Assembly: GCA_965219455.1 (NCBI GenBank)
Contig: OZ244744.1
Span: 224,001 to 288,000, forward strand
DNA: 64,000 nt
From: Candidatus Latescibacterota bacterium
GTDB taxonomy: Bacteria > Latescibacterota > UBA2968 > GCA-2709665
Reading direction: 5' to 3'
How positions within the stretch are numbered: position 1 is the first letter of the stretch; each line of letters begins with the position of its first letter. Below the pieces are notes generated by a model. That model was given only the letters and a program-made list of their open reading frames with translations. It did no database searches and was not told the origin of the DNA. Of this stretch, positions 9,818-19,012 are shown one piece after another. A program made the position numbers and the translations under genes.

Positions 9818-11050
9818 ATGCCACTCGATATATGGATGTTTATCGGCCTCATCGACGCCTTCGAAGAAGAAGGCGCCGACAGTATCCTGGACCGCCTGGA
9901 AGGGGTGGGCATCGACACTATCGTGCTGGGCGACCTGAGATTCGGGACGTCGCCCGCGTATCCGCCAACGCCGGAACTCTACCAGGGGTGTGAGACATGT
10001 CCCCCGGAGATGTCGCCCGATGATACCCCCCGGTTCGAAACACTGCAACGTGCCGTTGAAAAGGCGAAAGACCGGAACTTCGGCGTTTATCTGCACGATT
10101 GGCTTCAATCCGCACCGGGCTGCATCAACAATCCGGAAAAGCTCAGGTACGGCCCTGCGCGAACGCGAGACGTCGTTCGCAGTTTCCCCGGGGTAGACGG
10201 ATTCATCCTCGACGGACCCGAGTGGGGGTACGAAATCGCACCCGGCCGTCGGAGCAACCTGTTCCGGTGCGACTGCGACTGCTGCCGTGCACGAGCGAAA
10301 GAGTGGGGTTACGACTTCGATGCCCTCTGGAAAGCCCAGGGGCGCCTTGAGAACAGTTTGAAGAATATGCGGAGCCTGCCTCCGGGCCGTCGCGAACGCG
10401 GTCTGGTCGACGGCCTCGACGCGCTGATCTCGAACCCCGGTCTCTTCGACTGGTTCCGCTTCAAGACCGACAGCATCGAGCACTACGTCAGCGCCTTCGC
10501 CGACACCGCCAGGTCGCTCGACCCACCTCGAAAGGTGGCCTGCGGCCCCCGTCTGCCCGCCTTCGCGCCCCTCACCGGCTACAATTTCGGGCGCCTTGCA
10601 GATATTGTCGACTTTCAGTGCCCCAAACTCTATTTCTGGCAGCACGGAATCGACGGCCTGAAAGGCACCCTGTACCGCTACGGGGAAACCCTGTGCGCGT
10701 GGAACCCTGGCATAACCGAAGCGGAAGCGCTCGACCGCGTGCGCGAACTCTTCGCCCTCTGGATTCCCGGCGCCCGGCGCCTGGCCGATCTGGACGCCGC
10801 ATTGCCCGCCGAGTTCTTCGAGCAGGTGGCCCTCAGCGAAATTACCAAAATGAGGGAACGCCTCGACGACGTCTCACGCATCCGGCCCTGGATGGGGCTG
10901 CATCACGGTGGTGTCCGCATGGACAGTCGCGAACTGGAACACATGCTGCAAACCGTTGAGAATGGCGGCCTGACCACCCTCATTTACTGGCATTACAGCG
11001 ACATGACGGAATCCGACTGGCAGGTGATACAGGACAGGGTTCAGATATGA
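9818..11050 (+). CDS. hypothetical protein, possibly glycoside-hydrolase-like TIM barrel
   Basis: 410-aa ORF with host-like codon use, VDGFILDGPE strand, CDCDCC cluster, WFRFK and PKLY motifs. Function not recognised. Confidence 0.75.
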   Translation: MPLDIWMFIGLIDAFEEEGADSILDRLEGVGIDTIVLGDLRFGTSPAYPPTPELYQGCETCPPEMSPDDTPRFETLQRAVEKAKDRNFGVYLHDWLQSAPGCINNPEKLRYGPARTRDVVRSFPGVDGFILDGPEWGYEIAPGRRSNLFRCDCDCCRARAKEWGYDFDALWKAQGRLENSLKNMRSLPPGRRERGLVDGLDALISNPGLFDWFRFKTDSIEHYVSAFADTARSLDPPRKVACGPRLPAFAPLTGYNFGRLADIVDFQCPKLYFWQHGIDGLKGTLYRYGETLCAWNPGITEAEALDRVRELFALWIPGARRLADLDAALPAEFFEQVALSEITKMRERLDDVSRIRPWMGLHHGGVRMDSRELEHMLQTVENGGLTTLIYWHYSDMTESDWQVIQDRVQI

Positions 11051-11256
11051 GTGCCGAGGTTGCATTTTGTATGGCATAATTCTTCCGCTTGTCGTGGTCA
11101 AGGGCCGCCGCATTCAGAAAACCGGCGGCTCGTTGTGCATCCAATGAATGACCGGGATCGGGCATCGCCAATCCGGGGGTTCTTCCACACCGGTTGAATA
11201 CGCACTTTTCACGTTCAAGTTCAGGCAACGCCGGCGGCAACGGCATCCAGGCTCAC

Positions 11257-12288
11257 ATGAACGCCATCACGGTTAGAGATCTTTCCAAGTTCTATATAGT
11301 ACCTGAGCGCGAGGCGGGCCTGGGCGCAGCGCTCAAGAGCCTGGTCAAACGGAAAACACGTTTGGTTAAGGCCGTCGAGACGATTTCCTTCAGCGTCGAG
11401 CCGGGGGAAATCGTGGGCTTTCTCGGTCCCAATGGGGCGGGAAAAACCACGACGCTCAAGATGCTCTCGGGGTTGCTCTATCCCACTGACGGGACGGCCG
11501 AAGTACTGGGTCATATCCCCCACAGGCGCGAAAAGGCTTTCCTGGGGCAGATTACGCTCGTTATGGGACAGCGCAACCAGCTGATCTGGGATATCCCGAT
11601 GATCGACTCTCTTGAACGCAACCGCGCGGTCTATCGGATTTCGCACAGTGACTACAGGGAGACACTCGATGAGCTGACGGATTTGCTCGAATTGGAATCG
11701 CTTCTCCCGAAACCGGTCAGGAACCTCTCGCTCGGCGAGCGGATGAAGTGCGAAATCGCGGCCGCCCTGCTGCATCGTCCAAGGGTACTGTTCCTCGACG
11801 AACCCACAATCGGTCTCGACGTCACCATGCAGCGCCGCATTCGTACGTTCATTGAAGAGTACAACCGGGCGCACGGCGCGACGGTGCTGCTCACGAGCCA
11901 CTACATGGCCGACGTCGAAGCCCTGTGTAAGCGTGTCGTCATCATCCACCACGGTCAGATCCTCTTCGACGGCGCGCTTTCCGACCTCGTCGCCCGATTC
12001 TCCCCCCACAAGACCGTTGTGGTCGAACTGGAGACAGAGAACGTGGACCTCTCGCCATATGGAGAAGTCGTAGAGGCAGCCGGACTTCGTTACTCTCTAC
12101 GCGTGCCCAAAGAGGCCACCCCGCAGGTGACGGCGAGAATTCTCGGTGACTTGCCGGTGCTGGACCTGACCGTTGAAGACCCGCCCATCGAGGAAGTCAT
12201 CGAGCAGGTTTTCTCCGTTGAAACGCCGGAAGACGACACAGGTCCGGCCGACGCCGAAATCGGGGTCGCGAGGTCGGACTCAGCCTGA
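11257..12288 (+). CDS. ABC-2 exporter ATP-binding protein
   Basis: GPNGAGKTT, LSLGERMK, FLDEPTIGLD, TSH. Confidence 0.93.
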   Translation: MNAITVRDLSKFYIVPEREAGLGAALKSLVKRKTRLVKAVETISFSVEPGEIVGFLGPNGAGKTTTLKMLSGLLYPTDGTAEVLGHIPHRREKAFLGQITLVMGQRNQLIWDIPMIDSLERNRAVYRISHSDYRETLDELTDLLELESLLPKPVRNLSLGERMKCEIAAALLHRPRVLFLDEPTIGLDVTMQRRIRTFIEEYNRAHGATVLLTSHYMADVEALCKRVVIIHHGQILFDGALSDLVARFSPHKTVVVELETENVDLSPYGEVVEAAGLRYSLRVPKEATPQVTARILGDLPVLDLTVEDPPIEEVIEQVFSVETPEDDTGPADAEIGVARSDSA

Positions 12289-12445
12289 CGCGAAACGCTG
12301 AAACGGAACCCGGCCGCGGGTTCCGGCATCGAAACCGGCCGGCCAAGCCGTCCACAGGATCCCCTGCCAACGGACCCGGATTCTCCCTGCCATTTTTCTC
12401 CGGCACCCGATCAGTATCGGAAAACCCGGTCGCCGATATACACCA

Positions 12446-13240
12446 ATGCTTGCGATCTACTGGGCATACCTGAAAACGACCCTTGCGCTTCAGTTTCAAT
12501 ATCGCGTCGCCATGGCGATCTGGATGATCGGCGGGCTGCTTGAGCCGACGATCTACTGTGTCGTCTGGACAACCGTCGCGATCGCGAGGGGCGGCGAAGT
12601 GGCCGGCTACGATGCGGGTGAGTTTGCCGCGTATTATATTGTCCTGATGGTCGTCAATATGTGGACGTTCACCTGGATCATGCACGAGATGGGCTATCGC
12701 GTGCAGCACGGTGAGCTCTCCGCGATGCTCCTGAAACCGATTCATCCGATCCACAGTGACATTGCAGACAACATGGGCTACAAGACCCTGACCCTCTGCG
12801 TGCTGATTCCGTCAACGGCCGTGCTCTGGCTCCTGTTCAATCCCACGTTTGACATCGATTTAACAAATGTACTCCTCTTCCTGGTTTCGCTGATACTGGC
12901 GTACATCCTGAGGTTTTTCGTCGAATGGTCCCTTTCACTGGTCGCCTTCTGGACGACGCGAAACGAGGCGGTCAATCAGATGTACTACATGTTCAGCCTG
13001 TTCCTGTCCGGCAGGATCGCCCCACTGGACCTGTTGCCGGAATGGGCCCGAACAATAGCGGACGCGCTCCCATTCAAGTGGTCCATCGCCTTTCCCGTGG
13101 AGCTACTCCTCGGAAGGCTCAACCATTCGCAAATTTCACACGGTTTCCTGATGCAGGTCGTGTGGGTCATCATCGGATTCGGCATCGTCAAACTCATCTG
13201 GCACCGGGGCATCAAGAAATATTCCGCGGTGGGATCTTGA
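12446..13240 (+). CDS. ABC-2 family permease
   Basis: About 6 TM helices, FQYR, GELSAMLLKP, LSGRIAPLDLLP, LPF. Confidence 0.9.
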   Translation: MLAIYWAYLKTTLALQFQYRVAMAIWMIGGLLEPTIYCVVWTTVAIARGGEVAGYDAGEFAAYYIVLMVVNMWTFTWIMHEMGYRVQHGELSAMLLKPIHPIHSDIADNMGYKTLTLCVLIPSTAVLWLLFNPTFDIDLTNVLLFLVSLILAYILRFFVEWSLSLVAFWTTRNEAVNQMYYMFSLFLSGRIAPLDLLPEWARTIADALPFKWSIAFPVELLLGRLNHSQISHGFLMQVVWVIIGFGIVKLIWHRGIKKYSAVGS

Positions 13241-13268
13241 GAACGGCTTCGGCGACGGGTCTACGCCT

Positions 13269-14054
13269 ATGCACAAACTGATTGTGATATGGACCTTTCT
13301 GAAGATAGGCATTCTCAACGAACTCGCCTATCGCGTCAACTTCTACGTCCAGATCTTTCAGTCCGCGGTGAGTCTTGTACAGGCGCTTCTTGGCGTCTAC
13401 ATCGTCTTTCTGCACACCGAAACACTGGGCGACTGGAGATCCTACGATCTGCTCGCCCTGATCGGCGTGTTCATCATTATCGGCGGGGCGATCTCTATCG
13501 TCATCCGGCCCAGTATGGCGCAATTGATGACGGACGTCCGTCGGGGAACGCTCGACTATACCCTCACGAAGCCTGAGGATGCACAGTTTCTGATCAGTAT
13601 CAGCCAGTTTCGCATCTGGAAAGTCACGGATTTCGCCCTTGGCGGGAACGTGCTGATGTATGCGCTCTTCAAGAGGGGCGTGGATGTCGGCGCCGTGGAC
13701 GCAGTCACCTTCGGCCTGGCCCTTTTGTGCGGCGCGGCCACGATCTACAGCTTTTTTCTGATCCTGTCAACCATCTCATTCTGGTATATAAAGGTCGAGA
13801 ATATTCTCAACATCTTCGACTCGATGGTCCAGGCCGGGCGCTGGCCCATCGGCATCTATCCCTACTGGCTGCGTTTTGTCCTTACCTTCATCGTTCCTGT
13901 TGCGTTCGCGATTACGGTCCCCGCCCGGGCGTTGACCGGCCGGCTCGATACGGAGTCATTGACGGCGGCGGTCCTCGTGGCTGCCGGAATGCTGATCGCC
14001 TCGCGGTTGTTCTGGCGGTGGGGGCTCCGCCACTACTCCGGCGCCTCGGCCTGA
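13269..14054 (+). CDS. ABC-2 family permease
   Basis: LAYRVNF, VRRGTLDYTLTKP, RWPIGIYP, YSGASA C-terminus. Confidence 0.9.
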   Translation: MHKLIVIWTFLKIGILNELAYRVNFYVQIFQSAVSLVQALLGVYIVFLHTETLGDWRSYDLLALIGVFIIIGGAISIVIRPSMAQLMTDVRRGTLDYTLTKPEDAQFLISISQFRIWKVTDFALGGNVLMYALFKRGVDVGAVDAVTFGLALLCGAATIYSFFLILSTISFWYIKVENILNIFDSMVQAGRWPIGIYPYWLRFVLTFIVPVAFAITVPARALTGRLDTESLTAAVLVAAGMLIASRLFWRWGLRHYSGASA

Positions 14055-14126
14055 CTGAAACTCGGCCGGACCTGTGCGCGTACTGGACGACATCGTAGAG
14101 CATGGCGGCGGTAACCAGACAGGTCG

Positions 14127-14312
14127 GATTGCCGCGTAACGCTCTTCGCGGTAGTCCGCGCGTCTCCAGATCGGCAATACGGCGTCGCGCCATCGCCTGT
14201 ATGTCTCCAGCGGATGTGCGCCAGAGACCTCTCGGCAGACCGCTCGCAGCGCCGGCGCCTGCACCCCGAGACAGGGCATCTCCGACTTCATATACGCCTG
14301 CATTACCGGCGC
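14127..14312 (-). pseudogene. N-terminal fragment of an AlkD-like DNA alkylation repair protein
   Basis: APVMQAYMKSEMPCLGV..ALR..WRDAVLPIWRRADYREERYAAI. Resemblance ends abruptly near the permease stop. Confidence 0.65.
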
Positions 14313-14441
14313 CACTCGTAGAAATGACTTGCACACCGGGCGGGTTTGGCGCACAATTAATAGGCAATCTTTCGGCCGGTCCGCCGATGAGTTTGTCCCG
14401 CCATCAACCATTGGCATCCCCTGCAACACAGGAGGTGTACT

Positions 14442-14831
14442 ATGTCTGAGAAAAAGGTCAAGTCGTTCGCCGCACACGCCAAAGAAGCCCTCTGGAGGCA
14501 GGAGGGGTTGCGTCCCTATTTTTCCTATCGGGATCTGGGTATCAAGGACGCCACGGAGGCGAGAGTTCTGGCCCACATCATCCGCGCCCGGCAACCATGT
14601 ACCGGACCGTTGGGCTATCACTCACACGATCTGGATTTTCAGATGGTCTATCTGATCAACGGGTGGGCCCGCCTCTACTTTGAGGACATCGGCGAGATTC
14701 GGGTCGAAGCGGGTGACGCGTGGTATCAGCCACCCGGTATCAGGCATGAAGTTCTCGAATACTCCGATGATTGGGAAGTGATCGAAATCACCATGCCGGC
14801 CGAATTTGACACCCATGAAGAACAGCGCTAG
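14442..14831 (+). CDS. cupin domain protein
   Basis: GGAGG RBS, YHSHDLDFQMVY, QPPGIRH. Confidence 0.88.
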   Translation: MSEKKVKSFAAHAKEALWRQEGLRPYFSYRDLGIKDATEARVLAHIIRARQPCTGPLGYHSHDLDFQMVYLINGWARLYFEDIGEIRVEAGDAWYQPPGIRHEVLEYSDDWEVIEITMPAEFDTHEEQR

Positions 14832-14839
14832 GGATTCAC

Positions 14840-15718
14840 ATGAGAGTCGGGTTCATTGGTCTGGGTAAGATGGGGCAGCCGATGGCGGCCAATATCCTGG
14901 ATGCCGGGCACCCCTTGACCATCCATGATACCCGGCGTCAGACTGGCCACGACCTCGAGGCGGCGGGCGCGACCTGGGCTGAAAACGCGAAGGCGGTGGC
15001 GGTTCGATCCGAAGTGGTGTTATCCTCCTTGCCCAGCACCGAGGCGGTCGAGCAGGTCGTGTTGGCTGACGACGGGGTGTTTGCCGGTCTGGCCGGGGGA
15101 TCGACCTACGTCGACACCAGCACCATCGCACCGTCGGCGATGCGCCGCATTTTCGCGCTCGGAGCGGAACGGGGCTTGCATGTGCTCGACGCGCCGGTCA
15201 GCGGTGGCATCTTTGGCGCGCAGGATGCTACGCTCACCCTATTTGTGGGTGGTGATGCGGAGGATCTGGAGCGGGTGCAGCCGGTGTTGGAGACTATCGG
15301 CAACAAGATCGTCCACATGGGACCCGCCGGATCCGGGAATGTGATCAAGCTGATCAACAACCTGATGATGTTCGTCAACTTCATCGGTGTGTGCGAGGGC
15401 GTGGCGATAAGTGCCAAGGCCGGGATCGATCTGCAACTGTTGCTGGATGCGGTTAAGGCGAGTATGGGGCAAAGCAGGGTGTTTGAACGCACCCTCTCGC
15501 TGTTCTTGAACAGCAGTCAAATGGGCTCAACCACTGATCTGGCAGTGAAGGATATGCGTCTGGGGGTTGAGCTTGGGTCAGAACTCGGGGTACCGCTGGA
15601 GGTCAGTCCGCTGGTCAGCGACCTCATTGTCCGGTTCCGCGATGGTGGTGACCGGGGACAGGATGAGTTTACCGACATGATACCGGATTTGCTGCTGCGG
15701 TCGGGCGTGGATGTGTAA
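14840..15718 (+). CDS. beta-hydroxyacid dehydrogenase (3-hydroxyisobutyrate DH family)
   Basis: GFIGLGKMG, DAPVSGG, KLINN, KDMRL. Confidence 0.92.
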   Translation: MRVGFIGLGKMGQPMAANILDAGHPLTIHDTRRQTGHDLEAAGATWAENAKAVAVRSEVVLSSLPSTEAVEQVVLADDGVFAGLAGGSTYVDTSTIAPSAMRRIFALGAERGLHVLDAPVSGGIFGAQDATLTLFVGGDAEDLERVQPVLETIGNKIVHMGPAGSGNVIKLINNLMMFVNFIGVCEGVAISAKAGIDLQLLLDAVKASMGQSRVFERTLSLFLNSSQMGSTTDLAVKDMRLGVELGSELGVPLEVSPLVSDLIVRFRDGGDRGQDEFTDMIPDLLLRSGVDV

Positions 15719-15908
15719 TCGATCAGCGGTGCTGCATCGCGATGGGCGAATCGTCGCTGAACCTGTCCTCGCTACATTTCTGATGCTCCCGAACGTGGCC
15801 ATTAACAATCCATACGCAATCTCGTCAACTGGTCCGGAGCGAGTTGCGGCCCCTTAGCCTTCTTGTGTGGGCGCACGAAAAACATCACCCTCCACCTTTG
15901 AGCGCTTC

Positions 15909-17039
15909 ATGAATATCTGCATCGTCGGCGCCGGAATCTTCGGCATGGCGGCGGCGCTGGAATTGCGCAACCGGGGCCACGGCGTAACGCTGATCGAACG
16001 CGGTGAAATCCCCAACCCGGAGGCGTCCAGCACGGATGTATCCAAGGTGATCCGCCGCACGAACTACCCGAACGAGACATACGTGGAACTCGTCACGCGG
16101 GCCGCGGCGCAATGGCGTGAGTGGCACAACCGAACGAGCCGGTCGATTTACTTCCAGCACGGCAAGCTGATCGTGGCGCGCGACCTGGAATCGGACCACG
16201 AAGCCCACGCGGGCTGGGAGACACTGAGCCGGATGGGCAAAGACGTCTATGAACTCACGGCCAGCCAGGCAGGCGAGCGATTTCCTCAGTTCACGGTTAG
16301 CGACCAGGACCGGATTTTCTTCGACCCCTGGGCAGGCTACCTGCGCAGCGGCCAGGCGCTGGCGGACCTGGCGAAGCTGGCGCGGAGCGCGGGCGTGACC
16401 ATCCGCGAGAACACCCTCGTCACCGCAGTGGAAGAGACGCCAACCGGCGCCAGAGTCCGATCGGACACGGAGTGGCAGGACTGCGACCGCGCCGTCGTGG
16501 CGGCAGGTCCTTGGGTGGCCGAACTCCTGCCGGCCATGGAGAAACGCGTGCGCATTACGCGGCAGCAGATGGCTTACTTCGCGCCCGAGGATCCGGCGCC
16601 GTTCGAGCGCACGCGTTTCCCGGTGTGGTCAATCCTCTCGCCCGGCAACCTCTGGTACGGGTTCCCGTATCTGCACGAGGGGTTCGTGAAGGTGGCGGAA
16701 GACAGCAAGTGGGATGACGCCGCGGTCGACGTCCCGCGTGAACCCACCCCCGAGTTTCTGGCATGGGCCCGGGAGTTCGTCGCCCGGCGCATTCCCGGCC
16801 TCATTGCCGCGCAACTGGTTGGTGGCCGGTCCTGCCTCTATACCAACATGGCCAATATGGCCGACGAAGAGTTCGTCATCGACTGGGCCCAGGGATACGA
16901 GCGGGTGTTGATCGCGGGCTGTGGATGCGGCCACGGATTCAAATTCGGCGGCGCCATCGGTCCCGTGATCGCCGATGCGCTTGAAGACCGCGAGAACCCG
17001 CTGGGCGATCTGTTCAGGATTGGAAACCGCTTCGAGTAA
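15909..17039 (+). CDS. monomeric sarcosine oxidase / N-methyl amino acid oxidase family flavoprotein
   Basis: GAGIFG Rossmann motif, ASSTDVSKVIR, CLYT covalent-flavin cysteine, GHGFKF. Confidence 0.88.
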   Translation: MNICIVGAGIFGMAAALELRNRGHGVTLIERGEIPNPEASSTDVSKVIRRTNYPNETYVELVTRAAAQWREWHNRTSRSIYFQHGKLIVARDLESDHEAHAGWETLSRMGKDVYELTASQAGERFPQFTVSDQDRIFFDPWAGYLRSGQALADLAKLARSAGVTIRENTLVTAVEETPTGARVRSDTEWQDCDRAVVAAGPWVAELLPAMEKRVRITRQQMAYFAPEDPAPFERTRFPVWSILSPGNLWYGFPYLHEGFVKVAEDSKWDDAAVDVPREPTPEFLAWAREFVARRIPGLIAAQLVGGRSCLYTNMANMADEEFVIDWAQGYERVLIAGCGCGHGFKFGGAIGPVIADALEDRENPLGDLFRIGNRFE

Positions 17040-17052
17040 GGGGGTCGATCCG

Positions 17053-18060
17053 ATGGCAGCGCATCCGAGGGAAATCTACGACGACGCAATTGTGATCGAC
17101 GGGTTAACCATCTGCAGCTGGGAAAGCGATGCCGTTTTCCGGCAATTTCGCGCCGGCAATTTCACGGCAATAAACGCCACCGTGTCCACGTGGCAGAACT
17201 TCATTCAGACGATGGCTCATCTCACGGCCTGGATGCGGCGGTTCCGGGAGCGCGACGACATCCTGCAGGTGAAATCGACAGCCGACATATATTCGGCCAA
17301 GCAGCAGGGCAAGACCGGGGTTATTCTCGGATTCCAGAACGCCTCTCCGATCGAAAACGAACTGGATCGCCTGGGCCTGTTTCTCGCGCTCGGGGTGCGG
17401 GTGATCCAACTCACCTATCACGAGACCAACCTTCTGGGCAGCGGTTGCTGGGAACGAAATGATGCCGGTCTGAGCAATTTCGGCGTCGATGCCGTCCGCG
17501 AGATGAACCGGCTGGGCATTCTCATCGATCTGTCGCACGTGGGTCCCAGGACGACGCTGGACGCGATCGAAATGTCCGAGCAGCCTGTCGCCATCACCCA
17601 TGCCAACGCCCGCAGTTTCTGTGACCATCCGCGAAACAAGGAGGATGAAGCGCTGAAACGCCTGGCCGAAAAAGGGGGTGTCGTGGGCGCGACCTCGTTC
17701 GCGAACTTCCTTCCGCGGGGATTCGAATCCACAGTTGAGGATTTCGTCGACGCCATCGACGATATGGTAGAGCGGGTCGGCCTCGACCACGTCGCCATCG
17801 GCACGGATGCCACCCACGACCAACCCCTCGAATTCTGGCACTATCTCGGATCGCAACAGGGAACCAAATTCCCATCCACCTTCGCGGACGGCTCGGTTCC
17901 CTACACCGACCTGAGCTTCCAACCGAAGGGCATCGCGACGCCATCGGAGTTCCCGAACGTCGCCGAGGCGCTTGCAAACCGGGGCTACAACGCCGGGGAG
18001 ATCACACAATTGCTCGGCGGCAACTGGATGCGCCTGTTCGAGCGGGTGTGGAACGTTTGA
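17053..18060 (+). CDS. membrane dipeptidase (M19) family protein
   Basis: IVIDGL, GFQN, VIQLTY, IDLSHVG, HAN..HPRNK, IGTD, GGNW. Confidence 0.88.
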   Translation: MAAHPREIYDDAIVIDGLTICSWESDAVFRQFRAGNFTAINATVSTWQNFIQTMAHLTAWMRRFRERDDILQVKSTADIYSAKQQGKTGVILGFQNASPIENELDRLGLFLALGVRVIQLTYHETNLLGSGCWERNDAGLSNFGVDAVREMNRLGILIDLSHVGPRTTLDAIEMSEQPVAITHANARSFCDHPRNKEDEALKRLAEKGGVVGATSFANFLPRGFESTVEDFVDAIDDMVERVGLDHVAIGTDATHDQPLEFWHYLGSQQGTKFPSTFADGSVPYTDLSFQPKGIATPSEFPNVAEALANRGYNAGEITQLLGGNWMRLFERVWNV

Positions 18061-18170
18061 GATGCCGGCAGGTTTGAGACCTCCCCCGGCCCTGCAGATC
18101 GGACCACGATCCCTTTATCCGGGCTTTCCTTACTGTCGGGATGAAAATCCGGCATTTTCGGCATATTCGA

Positions 18171-18207
18171 TTGCACGTTGTATTACATTGTATTATATTG
18201 TATTACA
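18171..18207 (+). promoter_or_regulatory. TA promoter with three tandem 10-bp operator repeats
   Basis: TTGCAC-N17-TATATT overlapped by TTGTATTACA/TTGTATTATA/TTGTATTACA (18178-18207). Confidence 0.65.
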
Positions 18208-18440
18208 TGAATACGACACTGACAGTACGGACGGACCCGTCCATGCGAGAGGCGCTGGAAAAGCGCGCCCAGGTTCAGGGATTGACGGTCTCAGAACTCG
18301 TCCGCAGGCTTCTCGAAGAAGCCATATCCGAGAGTCCGGTGGCAGAAAGAGCCGGACACCTTAGGGGGTGTCTGGAACTCTCCGATCCGGATTCAGACCC
18401 GTGGCGCAGGCATCTGCGTGAACGGAACTGGCGTCGATGA
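18207..18440 (+). CDS. ribbon-helix-helix (CopG-like) antitoxin
   Basis: TTLTVR strand followed by two helices (LEKRA..TVSELVRRLL). ATGA overlap with the PIN gene. Confidence 0.82.
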   Translation: MNTTLTVRTDPSMREALEKRAQVQGLTVSELVRRLLEEAISESPVAERAGHLRGCLELSDPDSDPWRRHLRERNWRR

Positions 18441-18868
18441 CGTACTGGCTTCTTGACACCGGTCCCCTGGTCGCTTATCTCAATGCCGCAGATCCGGCTC
18501 ACGATGACGTGGGAGACGCGCTCGACGGCTTTACCGGACAGCTCTGTACGACGTCTGCGGTCATCACGGAAGCCATGCATTTTTTAGCGCGAAACCGGTC
18601 CGGTCCCCGATTGCTGTCAGAATTCGTCACAACGGCCCGCATTCAGGTATTTGATTTCGCTCAGCCGGCAGCCTTGCGGTCGGCCGCGATCCTGATGGAG
18701 AAATACGCGGATACACCGATGGACTACGCAGACGCCACCATTGTGTTTCTTGCCGAACGCCTGGATTGCTTCGATATCCTCACTCTTGACCGTCGCGGCT
18801 TTTCGACCTATCGGGCTGCGGAAAATCGCGGTTTCCGACTGATTCCTGTGCCGTCGCCTTTACGGTGA
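18437..18868 (+). CDS. vapC: PIN-domain toxin (VapC family)
   Basis: LLDTGPLVA, VITEAMH, MDYADAT, ILTLDRRGF acidic tetrad. Confidence 0.9.
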   Translation: MTYWLLDTGPLVAYLNAADPAHDDVGDALDGFTGQLCTTSAVITEAMHFLARNRSGPRLLSEFVTTARIQVFDFAQPAALRSAAILMEKYADTPMDYADATIVFLAERLDCFDILTLDRRGFSTYRAAENRGFRLIPVPSPLR

Positions 18869-19012
18869 GCCGAACGCCTTTCTCCATCCATGCCCCGGAA
18901 CCACACCCCAGAGTTGCGTTTCAAATACAGAGACGCCTCCTCCACCGCTCCAGGAAAAAATCTTCGGACACCTCCATGATAGCGGGGAAAGTATTTATCC
19001 TCATCGAGTTGA

